The notes beneath the pieces were generated by a model, which saw nothing but the letters and a program-made list of their open reading frames with translations, was not told the origin of the DNA and did not search any database. From the NCBI GenBank assembly GCA_973895155.1, contig OZ316892.1, positions 12,278,238-12,342,237 on the forward strand: a DNA stretch of 64,000 bases. Reading direction: 5' to 3'. Below are positions 13,201-26,387 of the stretch, piece by piece (position 1 is the first letter of the stretch; each line of letters begins with the position of its first letter). The translations under genes and the position numbers were made by a program. The DNA comes from Marsupella aquatica (lineage: Eukaryota > Plantae > Marchantiophyta).

Positions 13201-15707
13201 CTTCTTTCGAATTTCGAGGTTGAAAGAATTCTAAGAAATGGGACATCGTACCATAGAAGGAAAATCCACAAAAGCAAAACCACGGGAGACACCCGAGTTT
13301 CGTTCTTTGATGACACGAACATGCCTCAGTGGGCCCCAATCAGCCTGCACATCGGCCTTAAAGTTAGTGCCTGGTATACGTCATTGGCCCTGTACCCTGC
13401 CATGAGTTCAAGGATGGGCAACACGAGTTCCAGCACTTTACCACCAATCTCAATGATTTCGTACAGCCTACTGGATTTTTGCCACAAGATATTTCATCAA
13501 AGAAAACAACCTTGTATCAACCAATTTGGAGAAGCTGAGAATGTAAAATTACCAGGGCATGATATAAGTCATCTTCCACAGTTTTCTGCGAGAGCCCTTT
13601 CACGACAAGGGTTGCAGAAGGTGCCTGCAGCTCACAACAAAACTAGAGTTGTAAGACTGCCGTTTACAGGGACAGAAGCTCAATTCCCTGGATAAGCAAA
13701 CACCGACATCTTCGACTCACATCCTCAATTTTCCACAAAAGGTGCTGCCAACATGTCCAAGCACAGCACCGATAGATATGGTCCTCTGCTACAAACTAAC
13801 CGCAACTAACTCCACTGAGAGCATTTCCACCATGAATGTCTCGCGTCAAGAGAGTAGCTCCTCATCAGTGTAGAAGTGACTTTAGCCAAATTTGCAAAAG
13901 GTAAGGATTTTGCGGATACACTGCCCACTTAAAAACTCGCTCCGGGTATTCATTCTTTCAGTAAACCATGGATGAATCATATAGCTCAAACCAAGGTCAT
14001 CGCTATTCTTTTGACTGCTTTATACTTTGTTCTGCTGATCAGGCAGACGCAGATTCAGGACAAAAATTTTATTACCAAGGTTGTCCGTTCATGATTGCTA
14101 CTCCTCCCCTCTCGATCTCTTCGCCTCTCTGTGCGAGGAGTCTCTTGTCGAAGAACATCTTCAATACTATCCTCCCGCCATCCGCGGCTGCGGCTGCGAC
14201 GTGATCGTGACCTCCGACTCCTCTCGTCATAACTAACCGAACGAGAGCGGTGCCGATCCCTGTGATACTCTGCTTCATGAGGACTCCAATCACGGTCCCT
14301 GTCCCGGCTACGGCTCCTATTCCAGTCTCGCTCTTTCCTTTGCCGCCGGTCTCTTTCTCTCCGACCCCTCTCCCTGTCTGAGTCGGATACTCGGTGACGG
14401 GGTGGAAAATCCAATTCAACATCACGGCTACCTTCTCGACTTCCATGCAATGATCTCCGGACATATTCATACTCCTCTCCGTCATAGCTGTCACGGTCTC
14501 GACTGCATCTGGCAGCTCTGTCAAAACTGTAGTCTCGGAAAGAGTCGACATACCCCACTTTTTCATGTCTATGAACTTCTCGAAGAATAGCAAGCTCATC
14601 TTCTATATTCCGCCGCTTGGCAGGTGGCCAGAGACCAAGAACAGACGGTCCCACGCCGAATATCTCCCCATCAAACAAAACGTCTCTTGAGTAAGACTCC
14701 CGCGGATATCCCCTCTCTCGTTCAAATCCCCCTTCCAAATAGCCCCCTCCTGCATAAGCTCCTCCAGCTCTGTTGACAAAAGACTACACACAATTAGCAG
14801 AGGACGACGACATCTTTTAAACGACTGCGACCAATTCCCGCTTGCCCTACCAACATAAGACAAACTAAAACTCAGTGCACCTGTGTAAAAGAGGAAAATA
14901 TGTCTAACATCAGTTCCAGTCACAAAACAGAATGTGCTATTGTATCACGGATGTGAAGCTTTTCAGAAAAATTCGAAGTCTCCACATGTTTGTTCAAATT
15001 TATCTACGACAAATTAAACTCAGTGCACCTGTGTAAAAGAGCAAACGCGCCTAACATCAATTCCAGCACAAAACAGGATGTGCTACTGTACGGGTGTTAA
15101 TCTTCTTAGACAAATCCAAATTCTCCGAATGCTCTTCACCCTTATGCCAATTAAACCAAACTAACTCTTTCGAAACTTCTCACTGAGCTCTAGATTGTAC
15201 ACAATAAAACAACGCTTGCGTGGATATTGAAACCCCAAAAGTGGACATCGTGGTTAAACGAGTGGAGATTTTCATGGAGGACATGACCAAACGACAGACA
15301 TCTAACGTGCAGAAGGCGAGCTGCTGGAGTGAGGTCACCGCCAGAATAAAACCTGAGATCAGAGTCGTGGTTGGCATCGTAGCTCTCCAAAGCCTGTGCA
15401 TCCAAAAGAAATAGGGCAAGTCAGCACCCAAGACAGAAACAGGAGGAGAGGAGGCCTCTTTTTCTGCCAAATCCAGAAGAGCCATATCCACATTTGGCGT
15501 TGGGCGTGGGTGATTGATTGTGTGCTTGCGGGTCAGGACGGTGAGAAGCACAAGATCCATCATTCTTATGGTGGGGTCACCCCGCAGCACAGGAGACACT
15601 ATTCAGAAAACCACAATATTTTACTGATATCAACTTTCTCCTATTGTGTGGCGTACGCTGCTGTTATCCCATTCTGCTTGCTGCAGCACATAGCGTCCAC
15701 CGTCCAT
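7214..15707 (-). CDS. SUA: SUPPRESSOR OF ABI3-5 / RBM5-RBM10-like splicing factor (RS-rich, RRM1, RanBP2 zinc finger, RRM2, OCRE, G-patch), ~1093 aa, 15 coding exons
   Basis: Exons 5'->3' on the minus strand: 15707-15657, 15393-15353, 14769-14076, 13624-13553, 13344-13252, 12909-12830, 12520-12373, 12264-12174, 11410-11319, 11113-11045, 10845-10660, 9918-9627, 9519-8518, 7760-7573, 7396-7214. All introns are GT-AG with consistent phases, total 3282 nt. Motifs: MDGGRY..QAEWDNSS/ALESY start; APSATLVVKGL and SRGFAFVDF (RRM1); DWMCTVCGCVNFARRTLCFQC (zinc finger); PTHVLVVRGL (RRM2); GFVWDEASGYYYDAASGFYYD (OCRE); YRDRAAERR; NVGNRMLRNMGWQEGLGLGK (G-patch). Confidence 0.95.
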
Positions 15708-15867
15708 CGCGCCAACTTCTACTTGGTTGCATATCCCCAGAGGAATGGTTCTTTACATCCCGCTTCGCAGCTCCCCTTCTAATTCAGAAACTGTACCATC
15801 AGTGACACCAATCAATGGCATCAGTATCACATGGAATACAATTACAATCCCACTGCTGGTTGGATTC

Positions 15868-16732
15868 CTGGAGGAGACAACATTCGTTTCTCTCAACCCC
15901 AACTCCCCCAAATCGTAATCTTTCATAAGTAGGAGAAGAACAGATCTCTCCGTTCTCTCCCTCCCTGACCCTGTTTACCTCTCCTCAAATCCAAAATATG
16001 AGTCCATGGAAAGGACGCAAAACAGTAAATTAGGTCTACGGCAAAAGACTACTCAGAAGCAAATTCTTGTGCCTAACACATGTAGCTATTGGTCAAAATA
16101 CGTAGGTTCGCAGTCATTCAGGGACAAGTCTGGTCACCTTGGACCGTCCGAAGAGTCCCACCACTGCGCCAAATTCTACAGACGCAGTACCACTCTACTT
16201 GAACCTCTAACTCGGCGTTATCGAGCGCCGAAAGGATAAGGAATCAGAGCAAAACGCACTCTGCCCGAAATCATCACTGTACCATAGCACACGACCAGAT
16301 TCTTGTAAGTTCTTCCAGAATAAAACCTCTCGGCCTTGCTCTTTAAACCCCAGCATAGTCAGGACTCTCCTCAATCAGACCAAACCATTCCTGTTTATGC
16401 CCATTCGTTCGCGATCGGAAACCCGACCAGCCCTAAAAGCAGGCACTAGTGCCACTGACAGCCACCAGCGGCTCAACAATCACATCTGAAATCCCTATCA
16501 CTTCAAACAGAGTGATCTCTCAAGCCACGAAGGCCACCGTGATATACACCAAATTTGATCGCCAGTCTGGAACAGCGTCAACAGAGAAAACTTATCGCGG
16601 CATATCGCCTCTCTTCGGCCTGACTGTACAGTAGCAATCGCTCATCTCTTCCTCCCTAGCCACCTCCCCCCTCAGAGCTGCTCCCAATTTCCAATGGCTG
16701 CCGCTTGGCATAAAACTGATAATTAGTCTTAC
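15868..16732 (-). other. Probable 5'-UTR intron of SUA
   Basis: Minus-strand donor GG|GTAAGA at 16732 and pyrimidine-rich acceptor TTGTCTCCTCCAG at 15868 lie upstream of the start codon. No transcript evidence. Confidence 0.45.
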
Positions 16733-17371
16733 CCAAACCACGAGCGAAGCACGAGTCGTGTTATCGATATAGTGTCGCCCACGCAAAAGAGCACAAGTCG
16801 ATGACACCAATGCAATCTCCCCCGCCCATGAGCGACAGCACTCGTGGTTGCGACAGCGCGTTTCGCCGTGAGACTCCAGGCGCGATGGCCACCAGTCCTG
16901 TCGCCGTGGAGAACGAAGACACTGCAGAATCCGATCCCCTTCTTCCTCCAATCGTGAGCACTGTAGTAGATCGCTTTAATCAACAAACAGAAGAATTGCG
17001 ACCAATTCGGGCAGCCAATCGAGCTTATAACACAACAAGACACATCAACAACAGCGCCTGCAATTCACATCGCCGAGTGCGTGTTCGTCAACCCTGTCGT
17101 CGGCATACGGTTGAGAGATCGCCCGAGCACCAAAGCAAATAGAAGCAAAGCTTTCAGCGCGCGCAAGCAAAGCACGCACAATCCCTAATCTCTCACACAC
17201 GGTCACCTCGAACAGAATAACACGAAGCGCGTCGTGTGTTTGTCTATAGGAGCTTAATAGGTGACAGAGACTCGCGGACGAGGGGGATAACTCATAACTG
17301 CCGATCTAGACTCTAAGACACGGGAGTATCGTCTACTCTTCCTAAGTGCACACACTCCGGGGCAGAAGCCA

Positions 17372-18200
17372 GGGCCTTGCACTTACATGTGATCTGGACT
17401 CCATGATAAGCGCACATTTTTAGACTTTGCAGCTATAGATATGTAATGTGATGATTTTCTTGTTGCTGGAGTGTCTCGACCTGCAGTCATTCCTCTTGGG
17501 GCCTTGCAATTACTTGTGGTTTGCACTACGTGGTAGGTCACATTTTCATTCCTATTGGGGCCTTGCATTTGCATGTGGTTTGCAGTATGTGATATGCAAA
17601 CATTTCCGGACTTTGCACTTATAGACAAGTAACATGATCATTCTTCTTGTTGCAAGAGTGTCTTGACCTTCAGTCATTCCTCTTAGGGCCTTGCACTTAT
17701 ATTTGGTTTGCACTGCATGATATCCAAACATTTTCAGACTTTGTACTTGTAGACAATTAACATGATGATTCTTCTTGTTGCTAGCGTGTCTCTCTACCTT
17801 CACTCACTCTCGTCGGGCCTTGCACTTACTTGTGGTATTCACTATGTGATAAGTGGGCATTTTCAGACGTTGCAGCAATTATAGATAAGTAACATGATGA
17901 TTCTTCTTGTTGCTAGAGTGCCTCTACCTTCAATCATTCCTCTTAGGGCCCTGATCTTACATGTGCTTTTGCACTACATGATAAGTGGATATTTTCAGAC
18001 TTTGCAGTTACAGATAAGTAATATGATGATTCTTCTTGTTGCTAGAGTGTCACCTTCACTCATTCCTCTTAGGGCCTTGCACTTACATGTGATTTGCACT
18101 ATGTGATAAGTGAGCATTTCAGACGTTGGCAGCAATTATAGATAAGTATGGTGATGATTCTTCTTGTTGCTAGAGTCCCTCAACCTTCAGTCATTCCTCT
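17372..18200. repeat. Tandem minisatellite, ~126-131-bp unit, ~6.5 copies, upstream of SUA
   Basis: Unit GGGCCTTGCACTTACATGTG...GACTTTGCA...ATGATTCTTCTTGTTGCTAGAGTGTC..CCTTCAGTCATTCCTCTTA starts at 17372, 17499 (half unit), 17558, 17686, 17815, 17946 and 18072. Confidence 0.95.
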
Positions 18201-18717
18201 AGCTTCACTATGTCCCTTGTCGCATTGAAGAAGCTACCATATCATGGTCAAGTAGAATTGTTGTCCCTTCCTAAACCATGAATGTATATCCTTTAGATTA
18301 AACATCATATCATATCCATAAGAGATCCACATAGGATTTTATGCTCTTACCCATAAGTGTGCACATACCCATATAGAGGGTTTTTCAATTACATAATAGT
18401 GGTTTAGTGGAACACTCTTTGCACTTCAAAAATTGCAAAGGAGCGCAATATGTTTGGGGGAAAATGGAAGAATTAAACTCCTTTGCAATCAGCCAATGTT
18501 TGCACTTCTGGTTTCTGCACACTTTAGGAAGAGCCAACTGTAGCTTCTTTGCTTGTAATTCCATGATGATAAAGTTGAACGAGGGAGGAAGTAGTGGCAC
18601 TCTGATGCCATGGTTCAACCTCCATAAACCCTCCTTGGGAAATTTTATAGTGTTTTTCATTGAAAGCTACTAGCCCAATGCCCTAACGTTGCAGACTGTA
18701 TGTGATGTTGTGCATAA

Positions 18718-19039
18718 GGGCCAGGTTCCATGGGCCAGGGGTAGGGAGTACGGTCACTCCCTCTGACATTAACTAGGGCTCAAATACATCGTATGCCAAG
18801 GTGTATACAGTATTTTAAAAGTATAAATTTTGACTCAGGAGCCAATGAGAATGCCCTGTACTGTTCTTATACAGGGGCAGGGGGTACCCCTGAAGTTTAA
18901 GAGGGAGTGTGAGGGAAAATCATACTCCTTGATACAGTATTTGTATACCCCTCAGTCCCTGGAAAAGCTGCAATCTTATTGGCTTAAAAATTCTGACAGC
19001 ATCTGTACTCCTTACTCCCAGCCCCATGGAACCTAGCCC
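18718..19039. mobile_element. Tourist-like MITE (PIF/Harbinger superfamily), 322 bp
   Basis: Imperfect ~34-bp terminal inverted repeats GGGCCAGGTTCCATGGGCCAGGGGTAGGGAGTAC ... GTACTCCTTACTCCCAGCCCCATGGAACCTAGCCC are flanked by TAA on both sides (18715-18717, 19040-19042). No ORF of note. Confidence 0.85.
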
Positions 19040-21859
19040 TAAGTGTTGTGTTAACCATTGGAGATACCTTTTTGTCAAATTCCTCTCATCAACCATCCAA
19101 ACTGTCTTCCAACTTCATCAAATCACTTTTGTTTACAGATTAATCATTGCACCTCCTTCATTTGCTTTCTTTCATTGTTTGTCTGCTACCCAATCTTCCC
19201 TCCAATGGTGGTGACAACTTGTGTAATTTCTAGACATAGCAATCTGACCCTTTCTGCCTGTTGGAGTTAGCCTGTCACCTGGATTGAGAGTTCTTTGATT
19301 AACTCTCAACTCAATTTTTCTTTTGATTAATTACTAGAGACAATGGTCCAACTCTCACTGGTCGCCAACCCTGCCAGTCACTTGGATTATAAGTTAAATT
19401 TCATCTAACCTTCAACTAATCTAGTTCTGATTGCCCTCAAGGATCACAGCCCATGACTCCCTGGTGGGGATGGGTTGCCCTACACACTGAAATCAAGGTT
19501 GTGGGAGAACTCTCAGTCAAAATCCTGCCAAGTCCACCAACTATTGCAAAAGTGGGTCAAAATCTTGACATTCCCCTGCTCTTGCCTGAACTATCCTTTG
19601 TCTTTTAGTTTCTTCTACTATTGCAAAAAACTTTTTTCTTCTTTGCTTTAAGCTCCTTGGGATCCCCATCCCAAACCTTTTGCTCCTTTTGGATTCTTAA
19701 GCTCACATTGGATTTAGATTATGTAAAGGTGCATTTTAAGAAATTAAGACAACTTGGATTTATTGTAGCAAAGTTTGAATTTCATGCAAGTCTCATTTGT
19801 TTGGTTCATTGGTTTTATGCATTGTTGGTAAATGGGTTGGTAAATCTAGTCTCAAGGTCTTGTCAAACCCACCCTTGTTAATGAACAACTCCACATCTAG
19901 TGACTTTGTGCATGTAGCAGGCCCCAAATTGTTACCCGTTTGAAGATGCTTTGCTTGTGGTGACCTTAGGCAAGATGGAAACTATTTTGTGTGTCGGACC
20001 TGCCTAGCTCAGGAATCAATTCATGACATGACAGACCTTTATGAAATCCTAGGACATAAACTCACACCAAAGGTTTACCTTAAAGGGCAAGGTAGGAGCT
20101 CATTTAGGGGCAACTGAGCAGGTCATGCAACTGGCTTGCAGGCGGGGAAAACCTCCAATTTAATATTTTTGTATTTTGTACTCAAATTCTTACAACTTGC
20201 TACTATTCCTTGTGCACGGCCCCTCTGATCAACCGTACCTCTGCACTTTTCATTCACCAATTTAGAGGGGATACGTTCAGCCCTACATTGAGGCCAAACT
20301 CTATGTATAAGATTTAGCCAAACCTAAGTTGCGGTCAACACCAAAACAAACTCCTCATATGTAATGGAGCTACAGTAAGCTTGCTACGGCAACATAGATT
20401 ATGGTTGAGAGATTTTTCATTAAGGAAAAGTTGTAGATCATGATAGTTGAAGGAAACAACAAGGAGCTAGGCTCACAGTCTGCTCTTTCACCATAAATAT
20501 CCAGCAAAGGTGAGGGTCACATTAAGCAGCAACAGATGCTCTGATATTGTGCTTCTTTGTAGGGTTGAACATCAGCATTACCAGTAGCCAACTAGCCTGA
20601 ATCAGAATTTGGATGACTCTAAGACTAATGTGAAGCTGCAAGACACTACTAGACAACAACACAATTTTGATAGCACCCCTGCCAGGTCAGCACTAGGAAG
20701 ATTACTTGGACACACTTCTAGGATCTTGAGCTGGCCACTTTGTCTGGCTCTTCAGAATCTCATGGCCTTTAACTAGGTGCAAGTACCATGTTGGGCCAGT
20801 TGGTCTGGCCCCCTTGGTGCTTGTCGGAGTTTGTGTTTATTTTTCCTGGGTGGTATTGTGCGCTCCCCCCCCCCCCCCCTCCCTATTCATTTTGAGCACG
20901 TTCAACATCTCTTTTTCAGTTGCAACAAGGTTACACATAGAGTTGGAGAGACATCCACAGAAACTGACATGCAAATCAAAAGATTAAAAAATTGAGGTAA
21001 AATGAAATTTTATTCAAAACATAAATTAAATCATTCTCTAAAACAATTAATTCAAAATGGACAAGTCTCCTTGTTAACGTGGTCAGTTATGTCTTGGTAG
21101 AGGAGAGGAAGCAAAGTAAAGTAAGTCTCTTGGTGTCTTGGGAGATAATGTTCTGGAGATTTCTCTGGAATGTTGCTTGAATGCCTCGTCGAATCTCTAT
21201 CCTTCTTTTCGATTTGCTGGTATTATCCAATGACCTGGAGAACGAGAACAATAAAACTTTTGCAAGGAATCTGGTTTTGAGGTTAGTCTCAGACACCCTC
21301 CTTGCAGCAGCATTATTGTGATCCTGACTTGAGCTTCTGTAAGTAACTGTCATTGACACTCCAGCTTCGCGAACGGTCTAAGGTCTTTCCGCAAGGCTGA
21401 GAGTCATTTTGGTTTGTGGGCTTTTTGGCTCTCCAGCAACGGGCCCATTTCTTTCTTTCTTGGGTGGCTTTTGTCCCTTGCATGTTATTGACGGCCCTTG
21501 CCCCCTTTTTCCAAAAATGAAAAATGAAAAATATGAGTTTTCCAGTGTGTTACTAACAACATAGTCTAATTGTGACCAGAATTTATGTTTTTACTTACTT
21601 CCTGGACTTGTTTTTGTATATTCATGATTTTGTTGGGTACCAATACTCAACATTGTTTTAGTATCGAGTGTACTTTTTGATGTTCATGTGTGAGTGAATG
21701 ACCCATTCAGGACAAAAGACAAGATCAAGACTTAGGATGAACCTCCTGTATTTATTTGCAGTCCCCTGCCCTGCTTGCTACCCACACCTCTTCTTTTCTC
21801 AGATTTTTTTCAAGTGTGACTAGAGTATGAATGTATCCCACTTTTGGGTGGGATGAATG

Positions 21860-21937
21860 TCAAAAGGGATGTATGCTACCAGGGTTAGACCCTGGGACCT
21901 ATTCCACTCGTCACCTGCTCTACCAGCCAGCCTAGGG
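21860..21937 (-). mobile_element. tRNA-like head (SINE relic or tRNA pseudogene)
   Basis: Minus strand reads TAGGCTGGCTGGTAGAGC (A-box/D-arm-like) ... AGGTC CCAGG-GTCTAAC-CCTGG, a perfect 5-bp T-stem with a degenerate T-loop. No convincing acceptor stem or anticodon arm. Confidence 0.5.
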
Positions 21938-23469
21938 ACAGCTAATGACTGCAAGTATTCGTGCCTACTATTTATGTTCATACCAGGGTTGGGCAAGGCC
22001 GGCATGGGGCAACTAGGTACGGCTAATCAATGCTAATCTGCATTAATTAGCCTTGATCTTAGCCTTCATAATAAACCCTTTACAGTGCTACCATATAGTA
22101 GGCTCATTCTCAAATTTAGGTCAGTTTTTGTAATTTTGCTAAAGACAAATGGTTAATGGTTCCAAAATGTTTTGCTGGATACAATGCTTAGATTTTGTGT
22201 TGCGTTCGTAGATGTATCATGATTATAGCTCTGGAGTCAACCTTCAGTGAATTGCTTGCATAGCATAGCATCTTCGTTAGGCTTACGATAGGAGGTGGGG
22301 GTGGCACTCACATAAGTTTTTGAAACTACAAGCAAACAATGAAGTGTTTTTAAGATCCATTTGGGCAAAATTTTAAAAACACTACAATTGCAAGAACCTT
22401 ATTTGTCATCAATTATTTGTCTTGCAAATACCCATAGGTTCTTTTCATCTGTTAGTTGTAGCTGCAGGAAAAGAAGCCCTCCTCTTGGACATTACTTGTA
22501 ATGGAAAATATTATTTCAAAATTAGAGAATATACAACCTATACATGAATTTTGAAAGACCTATGCAATCTATAGCACCCTGAGATTCATGGGTTGATCTC
22601 TTGTTGATCTACCCTTGCAAACCAATAGCCTAATTAGGCAAGCTTTGTAATCCTGCCAGTTAACAATCATAACATTTCTTCAGCTTCCACGTCAATGTAC
22701 TGCTGGATAAAAAGCAATTTCAAATCAGAAATAGGAGTCTCTCTCAACAAGCAAACTTGACCATGATTACATTTTCTGGTGATAAGCATTAGGTTTGTGG
22801 AGAACCTACAAAGAGATGATCAGGGCTTGCTGCACCTATTCATTCAGTGCTTTCCACCCTAAGAAAAGACTTATAGGAACAGAGTGCTCGTAACTATCAG
22901 TATAGAGAGTAATCCAGGTTTTAGGGTTTTAATTAAGGGCTTTTCCTTGTCCAAGTGGCTATCTCAAGATGGGGAAAACCAACCAAGCTTGACACTTTTG
23001 GGATTGTCTACTCAATTATTGATGACAGATTGTTGCCACTTATGAGGAAGCAATTCTTGAGTGCCCCAACATTGAGAAGCTCTGGGAGGTTATGCAAACT
23101 ACATTCACCGGAGGCAAGTTCATTGACAACAAGTTCTTGTGGACTCTGCCTGTAGACCAATTGGATGAGTTGATGTTTGAGAATGGACAACTCCAAACAA
23201 TCAAATGAGACGTAGACTGGATTATAAGTCACTATAGAGGCTAGTGAAATAGATAAATAAAATATATAACCCTATGAAAAAACTATGGCCAAAAGCCATC
23301 ATCTACAACTATTAAGCTTTGATACACCCCTGCAAGACACCCGATTGCATACACTAAAGTTAAAATGTCTTAAATGCCAAAATGTGTCGAGTTGGAGAAA
23401 TTAAATGCAAGATCTTGATTACAAATAGACCAAATGTGAACCAAAATGTGAACCAAAGTTTTCTTTCTT

Positions 23470-23782
23470 ACACATTAGCTAGGGATATTAATGTTAATAT
23501 GCAATATTAGTCACAGCCTAGCTAGGGATATTAATCTACATATCCAATATTACTTACACATTAGCCCAGCCAGGGACGGGGCCAGGGGTATTAATGTAGA
23601 TAGAGATATTAATGTAGATATGCAATATTACTCACACATTAGCCTAGTTAGGGATATTAATCTAAATATGCTATATTACTCACACAATAGCCATGAATAG
23701 CACAATAATACTCACACATTAGCTAGCCCAGCCAGGAATATTAATCTAGATATGCAATATTACTCACACATTAGCCAGGGAT
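23470..23782. repeat. Degenerate minisatellite, ~40-45-bp unit
   Basis: CACATTAGC..GGGATATTAATCTAGATATGCAATATTACT recurs about 6 times with indels. Confidence 0.85.
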
Positions 23783-26335
23783 AGAACCTTAAATTATTGG
23801 CCATTCATGGTGAGCACAAAACTCATAAGTTCAGGCTGGTTATGACTATATATGGTATCACAATTGTGGGGTAGATAAGACTATGGTATTGACCGTGGGG
23901 TACAAAACAAATAATGTTTTGTTGGTGTTGGGGTTGGTGTAGCCTTTGTTGAAGTGTCGTAGTTGCTCCTCAAACGTGGGCCAGGGCTACGGTAGGGAGA
24001 TGTATTACCAATTGCTCCCTTAGGTGGAATTGGTCGAGTGACAGTTTTTGTAATATATGAAGAGGATCCAACAAACTATGAACTTTGCTCATAGTGTGCG
24101 CACAGGCCTGAGTTTCTAAATTTTTTGACATAGGGACTATCTCCTCCATCATAACCTTGTCATTCTGCGGTGTGTTGATTTCCGAACCTCAAGGCCTCGG
24201 GAATCCCAAAAGCACAATGCATCACGCACTGAACAACAGTGCTTCTAATGCCTTGAGAAATGCAACATCTGCTCAGCATTTTTTGTGTGGGACGGTAAAG
24301 GAGTTTGAATTGTCTTGAATGTCAGGAACCCTCGGACAAGTCTGCAACACAAGGAAATCAAAGACCCCATGAAAGAACTCTTCCGTTTCTTCACATTGTA
24401 ACTCCTTACCCGGCCCTCCGATATGTACCAACATCAATGACAAAACGGTACTCCAATTAAATTTGTTTAAATCTTGCTTTTCTTCACATCGTAACAAGCT
24501 TTGCTGCAGTAAAAGACTTATTGAGCAAAGAAGAGGTGATGATTGATGGTGGTCTATTGAAATGGGCCTTTACAATCACTATAATCTATTGTGGGGATGG
24601 CGAGAGCAGAATCGTAGAGGGACCAGCCCAATTCCTCTAAGACTGACTACCAAAGTTCCTCTAGGACTTCTATGATAGTTGGAGGGCTCGAGAGATGAAA
24701 GAATTGGGCTGATGACGGGATGCTGGGACGAGCGGCAAAGAAACAATGTCGATCACTTCCAACAAGAACATCAAAGAATCAAGGACATTGAGCAAGAAAA
24801 TGGGATTAGGGAAGTCACGAGGGATGGAGGTCGAGTTGCTACCACCGAATTGGGGTCTGGGGTCTCCATATATACAAGCACAAGATGAGTAAGGCAGGGT
24901 CATGCATCACTCAGATGGGGCTGGGGTGTGTAGAATGGTGGGCCCGGCAGCAAAGGACACAATGAAAGGAACCCAGCTGCAGGGCAGGGGCCTTAAATAC
25001 AGGGACTTGCGGTTCAAAATGTCTAAACCAAAATGTGTCAGGGTAGGAGAAAATGAATGCAAAATCCTGAATATAAAGCTATTCATTCTTTAGACCATAG
25101 CCCCAATACGCACGGCAATACAACTTTTTACTAGTTTAACCCCCAAAACTGAGAGTTAGTAGAGACCTGACCCCAAACTCTTTTAATGACTTAACATGCT
25201 GCTCCCCAAATAGCATAGTTACAAGTCTAAGTAATTCATGTTCCTGCATGTGGGTGTGCCTGATTGGCCCAAAGCCTCAAGCCCCAACGAGCAACTGAGG
25301 TATGCATGCAAAGTCAGATTTGAGTGTCCCCAGGATAGCAACATGTCACTTTTTTGAAGTCTTTTGAAAGAAAGACGAGCCAAAAGGATGCCATGTGCTT
25401 GGGAGGTATTGGGCGAGTGTTCATGGGCGATCCAAGATTAGGGGCAACCAGTGGGGAGTGGGGTGGGTTGGGCTAACCCAAATGGAGGACCAATCAGGTG
25501 GACTCGTGAGCAGGAATATGGGTTACTTAGACTTGTATAATATTTGGGGGGCAGCTTAGTAATAAAAATAGTTTTGGGGGTCAGGTCTGTACTAATGCTC
25601 AGTTTGGGGGTTACCCTATGCATTGCCATAACCAGTGTAGGGCTTGTATGTTCGCCAGCATATGAAACAGCTCAGAAAGACCAATTGTATAATGCAAAAC
25701 AGGTTGCATTAGTTCAGTTGTGCACACTAAAATAACTAATAAACTTGGGGTTCAAAAAGTCAGATTGGATCTTTTAAGAGGTTGTTTTTTTGTGTCTAGC
25801 TTGTGCAAGAGAATAGATTGTAGATCAAAAGACAAGAAGCCAAAGTTCTGATCAAGGCTGAGAGGACAGGTTCCAACTGTTGCATATCTCATCAAATTAA
25901 CCACAAATAACCTTCATTTCATATCTTGAAATAGAGTACCATGATGGGCGCCATTTCTCATTGTGTTAGCCCCCATTACGGTTGAGAATGTAGGTTTTCT
26001 TTTCTAGTGTCATATACTCATATGTCTTTTTGTGTAGGTACCTATAATATATCCTATCATGTTCAACCACATTGCCATCATCAAGATAAATATCAATGAA
26101 GATGTGCTGAGTATATGTGTAGGGAGAAATTAACAACATAAAAACCAAGAGAAACATGAGAAGACAAGTTGTTAATATAAGGGAAAAAGGTGCTCAAATG
26201 AAAAGCCTACCCATTCTCTTCCATTCTGTTCATGGAATGCATTATGGGCACAAAGCAACCCAGGGTTTGAGGAAAATCTTGGCATCTCACCATTGGATAT
26301 GACCTAAACCCTATCATTGGCCTGACTCACTCACT

Positions 26336-26337
<2 letters not shown>

Positions 26338-26370
<33 letters not shown>

Positions 26371-26387
26371 TATATATATATATATAT
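26338..26387. repeat. Compound (AG)n(AT)n microsatellite
   Basis: An AG run is followed directly by an AT run. Confidence 0.95.

Noticed and set aside
17372-18200. Second CRISPR-like array
   Set aside because: It is a plain diverged tandem repeat without spacer structure.
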